A DNA stretch of 44,725 nucleotides, from positions 1-44,725 of the IMG/VR virus record IMGVR_UViG_3300020282_000006; one strand, written 5' to 3'. The first letter of the stretch is position 1, and every line of letters starts with the position of its first letter. The notes beneath the pieces are model-generated. The model was not told the origin of the DNA. It worked only from the letters and a program-made list of their open reading frames with translations, and did not search any database. Both the position numbers and the translations under genes were made by a program. This document shows, piece after piece, positions 26,855 to 36,373 of this stretch. The DNA comes from a virus. Lineage: Duplodnaviria > Caudoviricetes.

Positions 26855-29090
26855 AATCTCCTGGAGGAGACTTCATATGAGAACGATAGTTATTACCACC
26901 CCAAGATGAACCAGTTGTTGCCTGATATCTATAAGGCATACCGTCATATAGGTAAGTTTGGTTATTTGGTTGATAACCAGAGAAGAATATTTTACCGTCC
27001 CAATTTCTGTATGCATACATTGAAGCTGTTGGGTAACCAAAAGAGTGTAAGTCTGTTAACTTACTATTCATTGGTTGTACACCTCTTCTTTTTCTATGTC
27101 TGTTTGTAGAGTTATCTTCAAAACCTTGAGAAGGCATATGCCAATATCCGTCAGAACCAGCGTCTGGTGAATCAGAATGACCTGAAGCAGTAAATACATA
27201 ATTGTAAGCATTACCGTACCAGAAACTTCCGTCTTCATCTAATATAATTGGTGAGTCATAAATGTATGAACCATCACCTCGTCCTTCGTTTTGACCTGCA
27301 ATCCATTTAACATATCTAGGTCCTCTACAATGTGAAAACATTCCGTGAATACCACCAGAGTTGTACCAATATCCGTTTTGTGAACGTGAACCTCTTGTAC
27401 CATAAGTACCATAGTTACCGTCTGCAATCCATAACATACCAGTTGATTTTTGTCTAATGTACATCCATTTGTGTTCGTCACCACCACACCAAAATTCATC
27501 AATATCTCCGTTTAAATGAAAGTCTGCTCTTTTAAACATAGACTGATATCTAGTTGCGTTATCACCTATACCATAGAAACCTGGTGCCTGACCAGATGTC
27601 CAATAACCTGTGTACCACATATAGCCTTCGCCATCAAGTACCCAAGTACCTACGTGTGATTGAGTTGAATAACCCCAATGTTGTAGCATTTTCATACCAC
27701 CGTATTTGTTCCAATCTACTTCTACTCTTCTTGGAACATAATAGTAGTAAGTACCCTCGGAAGTGTGTGAGTTAGAACCTACACCAGCACCACCGTGAAC
27801 TGATTGACCCCAGAACCATAACCAACCATCTTCGTCTAATGCGTGGTATGATGGCTCAGTACAGCCCTCTGCCCACATATCAACGATTCTTTTGTTGTTA
27901 AAAAATTCTTGAGGAATTTTAATTGGTCTTTTTACGTTTGTTGAGTAAAATGAAAATGAGTATGGCGAACCACCATTAAAGTCAGTTGAGTTGTTTATTC
28001 CTGGGTTACCACCACCAAATTGTGCTTCGTTGTTTCTACCCCAAGTCCATACTGAACCGTCTTCGCCTAATGCAAATTGTTGATTACCTTCAGAGTTTTG
28101 TCCTTGACCTGAAGAACCTATTTTTACAATTTTTGTATCGTTAAATGAACGTATTGTTTCACCTAACCAATCTACCGTATCATCAGCTGATACTCTGTTT
28201 GGATAATATCTGTCTGTTGTATTTGTTACCGCTATGTGATGACCTAAATCGTAAGTTGAGTTATCACCTGAAGAATAAACTTCTCCGTTATTCATTAACC
28301 AGAAACTAGAGTTTGTACTTGATACGTGTTGAATTACTTTTGGTGCCTTACCATCAGGTGTTACCATTCTACCTGTATGTTCAGTACCAGTTAAATCTTT
28401 ATTATCAGTTGAAGTCATCCAATCTGTAAATGTAAATCCAGCATAACGACTTCTACCCATTCTTGAATTTCCGTCCATAGCGTCACCAAATCCCATTTGA
28501 CCAACTGAATTATTACCGCCGTGACCTACGAAATCACCATTTGATTCAATTACACCCATTGTATAGTTAGTTTGTTTTTCGTATGAGTTTCTACCCATAT
28601 TGTACTTCCACCCTAAAGGAGCTCTGTTTGTGCAAGATACAACTTTATTTCTATCTGGATAGCCAAAAGGTGATTCGTAAATTTTCACCCAATATTCTGA
28701 ATCTCTTCCGTCGTGTTCTTCAACCCAAGTATTATATTTTCTTGTTCTTTTGATACATTGGTAAATTTTTCTACCAACTGAAGTCATTTCACCAGGTTCA
28801 TATTGTCTCCACATCTCCCATTCACCAATGTCATCTGTTGAACGTAAGAATAGTTGCCAATATTTTGGATTATCTGGTCTAAAAGATTTTTGAACCAATC
28901 TTGGTGGGTCAAAAGAATAGTTAGAAGTGTTAACTAAACCATCAATTGATATTGTATATGCAATAGGACAATCTTGGATACATCTATAAGACTTACCTTT
29001 CCAAGAAACGATATCGTTTTTAGAATAAGCAGTCCTATCTTTCCAAGGTCCTTGCCACTTTAGTTTGAAATCTTTTAAATCAAAAGACAT
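26853..29090 (-). CDS. Virion protein: two CBM5/12-like repeats plus RCC1/BLIP-II-like beta-propeller
   Basis: WQGPW....AYSKNDIV and ALGEDGSVWTWGRNNEAQFG-type repeats. Confidence 0.75.
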   Translation of the reverse strand: MSFDLKDFKLKWQGPWKDRTAYSKNDIVSWKGKSYRCIQDCPIAYTISIDGLVNTSNYSFDPPRLVQKSFRPDNPKYWQLFLRSTDDIGEWEMWRQYEPGEMTSVGRKIYQCIKRTRKYNTWVEEHDGRDSEYWVKIYESPFGYPDRNKVVSCTNRAPLGWKYNMGRNSYEKQTNYTMGVIESNGDFVGHGGNNSVGQMGFGDAMDGNSRMGRSRYAGFTFTDWMTSTDNKDLTGTEHTGRMVTPDGKAPKVIQHVSSTNSSFWLMNNGEVYSSGDNSTYDLGHHIAVTNTTDRYYPNRVSADDTVDWLGETIRSFNDTKIVKIGSSGQGQNSEGNQQFALGEDGSVWTWGRNNEAQFGGGNPGINNSTDFNGGSPYSFSFYSTNVKRPIKIPQEFFNNKRIVDMWAEGCTEPSYHALDEDGWLWFWGQSVHGGAGVGSNSHTSEGTYYYYVPRRVEVDWNKYGGMKMLQHWGYSTQSHVGTWVLDGEGYMWYTGYWTSGQAPGFYGIGDNATRYQSMFKRADFHLNGDIDEFWCGGDEHKWMYIRQKSTGMLWIADGNYGTYGTRGSRSQNGYWYNSGGIHGMFSHCRGPRYVKWIAGQNEGRGDGSYIYDSPIILDEDGSFWYGNAYNYVFTASGHSDSPDAGSDGYWHMPSQGFEDNSTNRHRKRRGVQPMNSKLTDLHSFGYPTASMYAYRNWDGKIFFSGYQPNNQTYLYDGMPYRYQATTGSSWGGNNYRSHMKSPPGD

Positions 29091-29112
29091 ATTTTATTTT
29101 CCTATTTCCTTA

Positions 29113-29529
29113 TTAGTCCGTCGGTAAACCACGACTTGAATATACTGCATTAATGTCAGATTTTAAAGTAGCAATTTTAGTTGCTAAACCTGATTCATTA
29201 GATACAAGACCTTCAAGTTGTAAATGCCTAGGATTTGCTACATCAAAAGCCGCCTGAATTTCTGCAACTTCCATTTGGATTTTGTTTGTAGTTTTTAAAT
29301 TATTTAATATTACCAAGTCGTCTGCGTCTGAAGCATCCAATACAGCTACGCCGTATTTTGAAGCGTTAGTACCTGAAGCGTCAACCGTTACCTTTGCGTC
29401 ATCATAAGAAAAGTATGCTTTTCCGTCAATGTTGTTTAGGTATTCTGGAGTTGCGTCATCAGTTACCACCGGAGCTACGTAGTCAGCCTCTTGAGCAATA
29501 TCATTAATTCCATAAATTTTCTGAGCCAT
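29113..29529 (-). CDS. Hypothetical protein, possibly a fibre chaperone or tip protein
   Basis: Own late promoter and AAGGAG SD; lies between propeller genes. Confidence 0.65.
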   Translation of the reverse strand: MAQKIYGINDIAQEADYVAPVVTDDATPEYLNNIDGKAYFSYDDAKVTVDASGTNASKYGVAVLDASDADDLVILNNLKTTNKIQMEVAEIQAAFDVANPRHLQLEGLVSNESGLATKIATLKSDINAVYSSRGLPTD

Positions 29530-29553
29530 TTTTTTCTCCTTTAGTATTATTAC

Positions 29554-29561
29554 TATTTATA
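29554..29561 (-). promoter_or_regulatory. T4-type late promoter
   Basis: TATAAATA. Confidence 0.85.
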
Positions 29562-29570
29562 ATAATTTTT

Positions 29571-32500
29571 TTATCTTCCTTGTCCTGTTGATGTTGGTTG
29601 ACCGTTAGGTGAATTCCAACCGTGTGCCCACCAGTTATGTGATGAAGATAACCAGTTTGAACGACCCCAAACATATATTTTTCCGTATTCATCAAAGAAG
29701 TGGTAAGTACCTGCATATTCAGCAGAGCCTTGGTCATCTGTTGTAATTCTCATTGTAACCGGTTTTGAGTTAGGTAAATACCAATGGAAAGGATGATAAT
29801 TACCATCTTCACCAGTCCAGTTTGTACCTGCCTGTGGGTGCAACATTGAGTTTCTTGAATCATAACCATAACAGAATGATTCACCACTATCAGTTATCCA
29901 GAATGTTCTTGCCTGGTCTGAATAGTTGCAAGAAGTTTTAACTTCTTTCAAGTTTGTAACCTTTTGTACTACAGCAGGAGTGGTAACGTTACCTGTATTA
30001 CCTGTTCCTAATGCGTAATATGTACCTGCGTGGCCAAATCCGTAAGTTGTACCATCTTTTGTTCTAAAGTAACCTGATTTGTAACCATTGTAAAATTGTA
30101 TCCAAATATCAACGATATCACCGTTAGGTGCCGTTTCATTTTTAGTAAATGTTGTTGTGTTAGTTGTAGTACCATTACCAAAGTTACCATAGTTGTTTTC
30201 GCCACACCAATGTGTGTAACCATTACCATCTAGGATTACAACCCAAGTATCATCACCTGTACCCTCACACATAAACACAGCGATACCATTGTTAGCAACT
30301 GGATCCCAACCTGTCATTTTTACAGGTCTGTATTTGTCAGTTGTAGTACCATCGCCTAATTGTCCGATACCGTTATTACCCCAAGCATATATTTGGTCGC
30401 TTGCTGTTCTAGCATACGAACTATTACCTGTTGTACCGATATCAATAATTTTTTCGTTATCAAAGTATTTGTTAGGTATTCTGTAAGGTGCTGTTTTGTT
30501 TTGTGTTCTACCATCACCTACTTGACCTTGGTCATTATAACCCCAACACCAAACGTGGCCTAATTCATCTAAAGCCATAATTTGTTTTGAAGTATCCCAA
30601 GGATAACAAGCTGTTTTAATAATTCTTGTATCTTCTAAACCGTGAACTCTGTAAAAACCCATTCTATCTGATTGAGTATTACCGTGTCCCATTTCACCAT
30701 TTGATTGTTCACCGTTTCTAAAGACTTCTCCGTTCTCCATAAGTATCATAGCACTATTTCTTTCTTCGTGTATTTGTATGACTCTAGGAGTTGTTAATTC
30801 TTTTCTTCTAGGTATTGTATGATGACCTCTCATTTCATCATAACCAGTTGCGTTCATATCCTCTGAACGTCTGTATTCCCAAAATCTCATACACATTTCA
30901 CCAAAGTAAGATGAGTAGTGGTCATTTGAGTCTTGGAAACCTGTTCTAGGATATCCCATACCCCACAAAACGCCGTTTTTGTCAATATATCTCTGTGCGT
31001 TGTCAACACTTATACAAACGTTATTGTGGTGTTTGTAAGGCCAATGCATTGGTTCTGGACCAAAGAAAGCACCAGCATTTTCTTCTTGGTTAACTTGTCT
31101 ACCAAAAGATTCCCAATCGTTGAAATATGATTGTACGTGTGCTGGATAATCTTCGTAAGTCTCTTGAATTAATCTACCACTTGTTGTTGTAGATTTAGAC
31201 ATTAAAGGAGACCTTGTTCTTTCTTGAGGACCAAAGTGAGGAGGTCTACCAGTTGTATTTCTTAATGCTCTGTATAATCCTGTTGGACCTTTATAAACTA
31301 TTTCACCATCACTTTTTCTTTTTTGTGGTCTGTAAATTACGATATCATTGTAGCAGTAATCTGCGTGAGGATTATATTCACCTCTAAATCTGATACCAGT
31401 TTGTAATCTGTCCCAATGTTTGAAACCTCTCCAAGATTGTTCTATTTCAAAACCTATGTTTGCATTATTACCATACATAGCAGTTTTACCTGAAGCTGAA
31501 CAATAAGGATAAATTTTTGTATATGAGTTTCTAAATCCGATTGGTATATAAATTTCTATAACTCTATCTTGGTTTTTCTCAAAAGCAAATTCACTACCAC
31601 CTCTTGTTGAACCATCTTCAGTAGTGTATGCTGGCATATCTCCAGTATAATCACCACCACTATTTGCAAAAGTATCGTTTAGTGAATTGATGTATTGTGC
31701 TTCTGTAACCTGTCTGTTATTTAAGAAGTATCTTACATAACCGTTTTTATTTGCACCTCTCCACATTGGAATGTTTGTCGGTATGAAACTTCTTGCTCTT
31801 GTTTGTGGAGCATTTGTTTCAGCAGACCAACCCATACCAGAGTGTTGAGAACAATAGTAATAAAGTTTTGGCGCACCTTTTCTAACTTTAATTTCTGTGT
31901 ATGCACCTTTTTTACCTGGCGTTCCTACCGTGGTTACACCAGTTGTGTATTCTGAACCTGAATTATGGGTACCGTTAGCAGTTGTAGAAAATTTTAGAGG
32001 GTGGTTATTGTTTGAACTATCTGATTGGTCAAATCTGTAAGTTTTACCCTCTGTTAAATTTAATGCAACACCAGCTGTAGCGGTTACACCATCTATTGAA
32101 TATTTGTTAGTAGAGCCCACATTGTAATAAGGGTGGTCACTAGGGTTACCTGATACTACTGCAACCTCAAAAATTCTTTCATCAACGGCAGTTGGGTCTA
32201 TCATATCTGGTAAATAGAAATTTGTATTATCGTCTGTTACCAATTCATTATTAGGACCTCTAATAATTTCTGCACCTGAACCAGAGAAGTTTACTACAGC
32301 ACTTGCACCTGCACCACCCATTCTAGTGTCTTCAGCATTTGCACCTGCAGCTGATAGATATAATGGATAGAAAACACCTGATTGACCTGTTGTGTCAGTA
32401 CCTACAACATAGTAAGGACCATCGGGGTCAGCAGCTAATGAAGTACCACCTGAGCCGTGTGTACCATCAACGGTTGTTGAAAACGCTAATGGAAAAGTTT

Positions 32501-33167
32501 TATTAGATTCGTCTCTTTGATGAAATCTGTATTTTTCACCCTCTCTAAAGTGTGTAAAGTTTCTATCTCCGTCGTGTTCTTGTCCTAAATCTTGACTTGG
32601 TAATCTATTGTCAAATTTAAATTGGTTTGAAGGAGAAGTTACCGCCTCTACATAAAAGTTGTTGTGAACTGGTGTGTATGATTGATAGAAAGCATTTTTT
32701 TCTGTATTCAATTCTCCATAACCAAAGAAATTACTTCTATCACCTTGAGCATAAGCTTCTTTTTCGTGTAGTAAATGATATTGATAATCCAAGAACATAC
32801 CATTTGAAATTCTGTCGTAGTTAGCTTGTTCAAAAGGTAATCTTGTTGAGTTTTGAGTATTTTCATCACTACCATATCTTGAAGTGTTTACAATTCTTCT
32901 ACCTGTAGCGTCTGACCTTTGGTCATAATCTCTTACGGTATGATAACCACTTCTAAAGTCCGGGTCATTAGATAGTGTTCTTGTCCATTTGTAACCTGAT
33001 TGTTTATCTCCTGGAGCACACTCTTCATAACCAGTTGAGAGATAAGGATTTTTACAAATCCATAAAGAGTTGTTAAACCAAACTACATCATCTTTTTGAT
33101 AGTTTGTGTTTTTATTCCAATCTCCTTGGAAACTGAATTTTACTCGTCCTAAATTTACTTTTGCCAT
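29571..33167 (-). CDS. Virion protein: CBM-like repeats, cupredoxin-like domains, RCC1 propeller
   Basis: NHPL...LYYYCSQHSGMG; WCWGYNDQGQVGDG and YAWGNNGIGQLGDG. Confidence 0.78.
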   Translation of the reverse strand: MAKVNLGRVKFSFQGDWNKNTNYQKDDVVWFNNSLWICKNPYLSTGYEECAPGDKQSGYKWTRTLSNDPDFRSGYHTVRDYDQRSDATGRRIVNTSRYGSDENTQNSTRLPFEQANYDRISNGMFLDYQYHLLHEKEAYAQGDRSNFFGYGELNTEKNAFYQSYTPVHNNFYVEAVTSPSNQFKFDNRLPSQDLGQEHDGDRNFTHFREGEKYRFHQRDESNKTFPLAFSTTVDGTHGSGGTSLAADPDGPYYVVGTDTTGQSGVFYPLYLSAAGANAEDTRMGGAGASAVVNFSGSGAEIIRGPNNELVTDDNTNFYLPDMIDPTAVDERIFEVAVVSGNPSDHPYYNVGSTNKYSIDGVTATAGVALNLTEGKTYRFDQSDSSNNNHPLKFSTTANGTHNSGSEYTTGVTTVGTPGKKGAYTEIKVRKGAPKLYYYCSQHSGMGWSAETNAPQTRARSFIPTNIPMWRGANKNGYVRYFLNNRQVTEAQYINSLNDTFANSGGDYTGDMPAYTTEDGSTRGGSEFAFEKNQDRVIEIYIPIGFRNSYTKIYPYCSASGKTAMYGNNANIGFEIEQSWRGFKHWDRLQTGIRFRGEYNPHADYCYNDIVIYRPQKRKSDGEIVYKGPTGLYRALRNTTGRPPHFGPQERTRSPLMSKSTTTSGRLIQETYEDYPAHVQSYFNDWESFGRQVNQEENAGAFFGPEPMHWPYKHHNNVCISVDNAQRYIDKNGVLWGMGYPRTGFQDSNDHYSSYFGEMCMRFWEYRRSEDMNATGYDEMRGHHTIPRRKELTTPRVIQIHEERNSAMILMENGEVFRNGEQSNGEMGHGNTQSDRMGFYRVHGLEDTRIIKTACYPWDTSKQIMALDELGHVWCWGYNDQGQVGDGRTQNKTAPYRIPNKYFDNEKIIDIGTTGNSSYARTASDQIYAWGNNGIGQLGDGTTTDKYRPVKMTGWDPVANNGIAVFMCEGTGDDTWVVILDGNGYTHWCGENNYGNFGNGTTTNTTTFTKNETAPNGDIVDIWIQFYNGYKSGYFRTKDGTTYGFGHAGTYYALGTGNTGNVTTPAVVQKVTNLKEVKTSCNYSDQARTFWITDSGESFCYGYDSRNSMLHPQAGTNWTGEDGNYHPFHWYLPNSKPVTMRITTDDQGSAEYAGTYHFFDEYGKIYVWGRSNWLSSSHNWWAHGWNSPNGQPTSTGQGR

Positions 33168-33182
33168 TGTTTATCTCTCTTA

Positions 33183-33190
33183 TATTTATC
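33183..33190 (-). promoter_or_regulatory. Variant late promoter (GATAAATA)
   Basis: NATAAATA overlapping the upstream stop codon. Confidence 0.5.
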
Positions 33191-36100
33191 CTAATATTGG
33201 CGGATGAGGTATGGTTACATATTGTCCGTCCCATTGACCTTGCATATAACTACCACCATATCCGTTTATGTAATATCTGTTATCAAATGTTTTATATTCA
33301 AAGAAACCATAGTTTGAGTCAGAGTTGTCACCGTAACCACAACCGTTTACATCTTCAACGTTTGCCATCATTGACGGTGGTATTTTGTTTTGAATAAAGT
33401 AACCATCATTAAAATGTTCTTTACCATTCTCTGCGTCTCTATCTGTATTACAATTACCTGAACTGAAACCTACAGCAGCCATACCATAAGTGTTTCTACC
33501 TGCTGAATACATTATTCCGTCCCAAGTTAATATTCTTACAGACGTATCGTTATAATGTGAATAACTTGAAATTTGTTTTACATTTTTAATATCTTTTTGT
33601 ACGTTAGAACCAATTTGTACTTTTGGTGTTTGGAAACTATTTTGTGTTGTGTTATTACCAATACCTAAATTGTAATAGTTATTGTAACCAGCACATTGTA
33701 TATTTCCTTGAGAATCTTCAATCCAGAAATTAGGATAGTTAGCGCAACCTGTAAACCACATATTGTGAGCGTCTGAATTAGTTGCATTACCACAACCATT
33801 TGAACAAATTGTAAATGTGTTTAGAGCAGTTGTGTTACCATTTCCCATCCAACCTGAACCGTTATAACCAGTTGTATAAATGTTTCCTCTTTCTGTCAAG
33901 ATTGCAGCTCTTTGGTCATCCGAGTCTGTATCTTGTAATAATCTTTTAATTCTACCAACACCTGAATCTGTAAATGCTGGTGATGTAATTTGTTGAGGCG
34001 TATTTTGGTCAGACGTATTTCCTACACCTAATTGACCATCATTGTTTCTTCCCCAAGCATATAAATTTCCTGCTGTGTCAACTGCGTGAACCATCACATA
34101 GTTACCACCTGAACACCATATATGGTCAATCTCATTGTTATTGAAATAAGTTGCTTTTGGAATTAATTGAGGCACATTGTAATCAGTTGTATTGTTTGTA
34201 CCTAACTGACCATATCCGTTATAACCCCAAGACCATAAATTTCCGTTTTCATCTAAAGCATAACAAGAGTGAGTATTAGTATTTTGTCCGTCCATCACGT
34301 TTGTAATCCAACATCTTTTAATTCTAACATCTTTAAATATGTGTGTTGAACTATTAGCTGCTAAATAAACGTTTTGGTTAGAACCACCAACTCTTACCGG
34401 GTGGTCTCTGTTATTAGTTGAAGCGTCACCATTTTGACCGTGACCACCATAACCCCAATGATATAATTCACCAGAATTCATAAGTGCCATACCACAAGCA
34501 TAACCTAATTCTAATTGAATTATTTTAGGAATTTCTCCGTCAGGAGTTGTATGAACACCTGTACCACCATTGTCTGTACTTCTCCACCAATCATAGTGGT
34601 GGAAAGTTAATTGTCTTCCTGTCATTAAGTCGTGGTTAAATGCGTTACCGCCATCTGAATTTGAGCCCCATAACCAAGCGTTACCTGTACCACCAATAAA
34701 TCCTGGTGTGTTAACTGAACATCTAAATGTTCTTTCAGGTCCTAATCTTTCGTATTTGTTATCTGTAAATACAGGACCTCTGTTTGCTAATGATACACAT
34801 TCGTGTGGGTTACCTGTAAATAAATCTGAGCTACCTCTTAATTGTTTTTGAAGAGTTGCAACATCAAAAGTTAAATCACTTGCAGCTGTACCACCAGATT
34901 TAGTGAATACATCACCATCAATTGTAATTGTATCACCAACTTGGTTATCTTCACCACCTGCTAATTGACCTGTGTCGTTAAAATATCTTCTCTCTCTTCT
35001 TGAATCATATCTTGTATCTTCAACGGTTACCGTAGCCGCACCTGCAACACCGACACCATTTACTCTAAATGTAAAGTCAGGAGCACCACCGCCACCTAAT
35101 GAACCATCTGCGATTGTAATTTCTTCGTTGTCAACATAACCTGTACCACCAGTTGGAGTTGACGCTTTATTTCTTTCTTTAATAATTTCTACTTTTGAAG
35201 CAGCACCTGTACTATCAATTGTAATATTAAATCTTGCACCTGTACCAACACCTGTTGTTGCACTTTGAGTTAAGTTAGTATATGTACCTGCTGTTCTTGA
35301 AGAATTTGCAGCTGCAAAGTTATCAATTGCTTTAATATTTCCGTCACCCTCAATTATAACTCTAAACATACCTGGATATGCACCTGCTCTTGAAGATGAT
35401 TTAGCGGTTACAAATTGATAAGTACCGTGTAATCTGTTTGCGTCAGCAGCTGAAATATTATTTACTGATTCAATTAAACCATTGTCTTCCCATTGTTGGT
35501 CATCAGCTTCGTATTCTGTACCCATTTTCAACCAGTACATATTAGCATTTGTATCAACATTTCTGTTGTAAGGTAAATATCTATCTGTACCGTCTGTTGT
35601 GTGTTGTCTTAAACATATGTAAGTTGATAATGTTTCTTTAACTTGATAAGGCTCGTAATCTGTTCCTCTGTCATTGTTAATACCAACTCTAATTTGTACA
35701 ATATCGTTTTCGTAGTAAATTGTTCCTGATGTGTTAACGTGTAAGTTTCTCCATCTAAATGAATTTCTTAAAGGTCTCCAAGTGTCCCAATCAGCAACTA
35801 CAATTTTACCACCATAGTTTGCATTACCTGTTGAGAAGTAATAAACTTCATCTGGTGTATCTTTTGTAAATTCTACAACTACTTTTCTAGCAGTTTTAGT
35901 ATTGAATTTTGATGTATTAATATAATCTGCTCTTGAAACTGGCTCCTCAAGATGATAGTAAGAAACACCATCATTTAAATAATTTGAAGATTGACTAGCA
36001 GCTGTAGTTGATATTGCAAGAGGATTGTCGTCATTGTTATTATTGTTTTGATAGAAAACAATTTTATCACCTCTTCTTACATATAGAGTAGGAGCATATT

Positions 36101-36353
36101 CAATTGTAGAGGTTACGTCTGCGTCTATTTTAAATTTGTTTGTTGAATCTAATGGGTCGTTTGCGACTTCAACATTGTAGTAGTATTGTGTGTTTTGTTC
36201 TGGTCTTTTTCCAGTTGTATTAGATTCTCTGACCATTAAATAATCAGTATTATTCCAAATTACAACATCATCTTTTTTATACGCAATAGTATTATCGTAA
36301 TCACCACGATAATTAAACCATAAATTTCCAATATTTGTTCTAGTAATTGCCAT
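33186..36353 (-). CDS. Virion protein: CBM-like repeats, degenerate cupredoxin-like domain, RCC1 propeller
   Basis: WSWGYNGYGQLG and YAWGRNNDGQLG RCC1 repeats. Confidence 0.78.
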   Translation of the reverse strand: MAITRTNIGNLWFNYRGDYDNTIAYKKDDVVIWNNTDYLMVRESNTTGKRPEQNTQYYYNVEVANDPLDSTNKFKIDADVTSTIEYAPTLYVRRGDKIVFYQNNNNNDDNPLAISTTAASQSSNYLNDGVSYYHLEEPVSRADYINTSKFNTKTARKVVVEFTKDTPDEVYYFSTGNANYGGKIVVADWDTWRPLRNSFRWRNLHVNTSGTIYYENDIVQIRVGINNDRGTDYEPYQVKETLSTYICLRQHTTDGTDRYLPYNRNVDTNANMYWLKMGTEYEADDQQWEDNGLIESVNNISAADANRLHGTYQFVTAKSSSRAGAYPGMFRVIIEGDGNIKAIDNFAAANSSRTAGTYTNLTQSATTGVGTGARFNITIDSTGAASKVEIIKERNKASTPTGGTGYVDNEEITIADGSLGGGGAPDFTFRVNGVGVAGAATVTVEDTRYDSRRERRYFNDTGQLAGGEDNQVGDTITIDGDVFTKSGGTAASDLTFDVATLQKQLRGSSDLFTGNPHECVSLANRGPVFTDNKYERLGPERTFRCSVNTPGFIGGTGNAWLWGSNSDGGNAFNHDLMTGRQLTFHHYDWWRSTDNGGTGVHTTPDGEIPKIIQLELGYACGMALMNSGELYHWGYGGHGQNGDASTNNRDHPVRVGGSNQNVYLAANSSTHIFKDVRIKRCWITNVMDGQNTNTHSCYALDENGNLWSWGYNGYGQLGTNNTTDYNVPQLIPKATYFNNNEIDHIWCSGGNYVMVHAVDTAGNLYAWGRNNDGQLGVGNTSDQNTPQQITSPAFTDSGVGRIKRLLQDTDSDDQRAAILTERGNIYTTGYNGSGWMGNGNTTALNTFTICSNGCGNATNSDAHNMWFTGCANYPNFWIEDSQGNIQCAGYNNYYNLGIGNNTTQNSFQTPKVQIGSNVQKDIKNVKQISSYSHYNDTSVRILTWDGIMYSAGRNTYGMAAVGFSSGNCNTDRDAENGKEHFNDGYFIQNKIPPSMMANVEDVNGCGYGDNSDSNYGFFEYKTFDNRYYINGYGGSYMQGQWDGQYVTIPHPPILG

Positions 36354-36362
36354 TTTCTATCC

Positions 36363-36370
36363 TATTTATA
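36363..36370 (-). promoter_or_regulatory. T4-type late promoter
   Basis: TATAAATA. Confidence 0.85.
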
Positions 36371-36373
36371 CTC

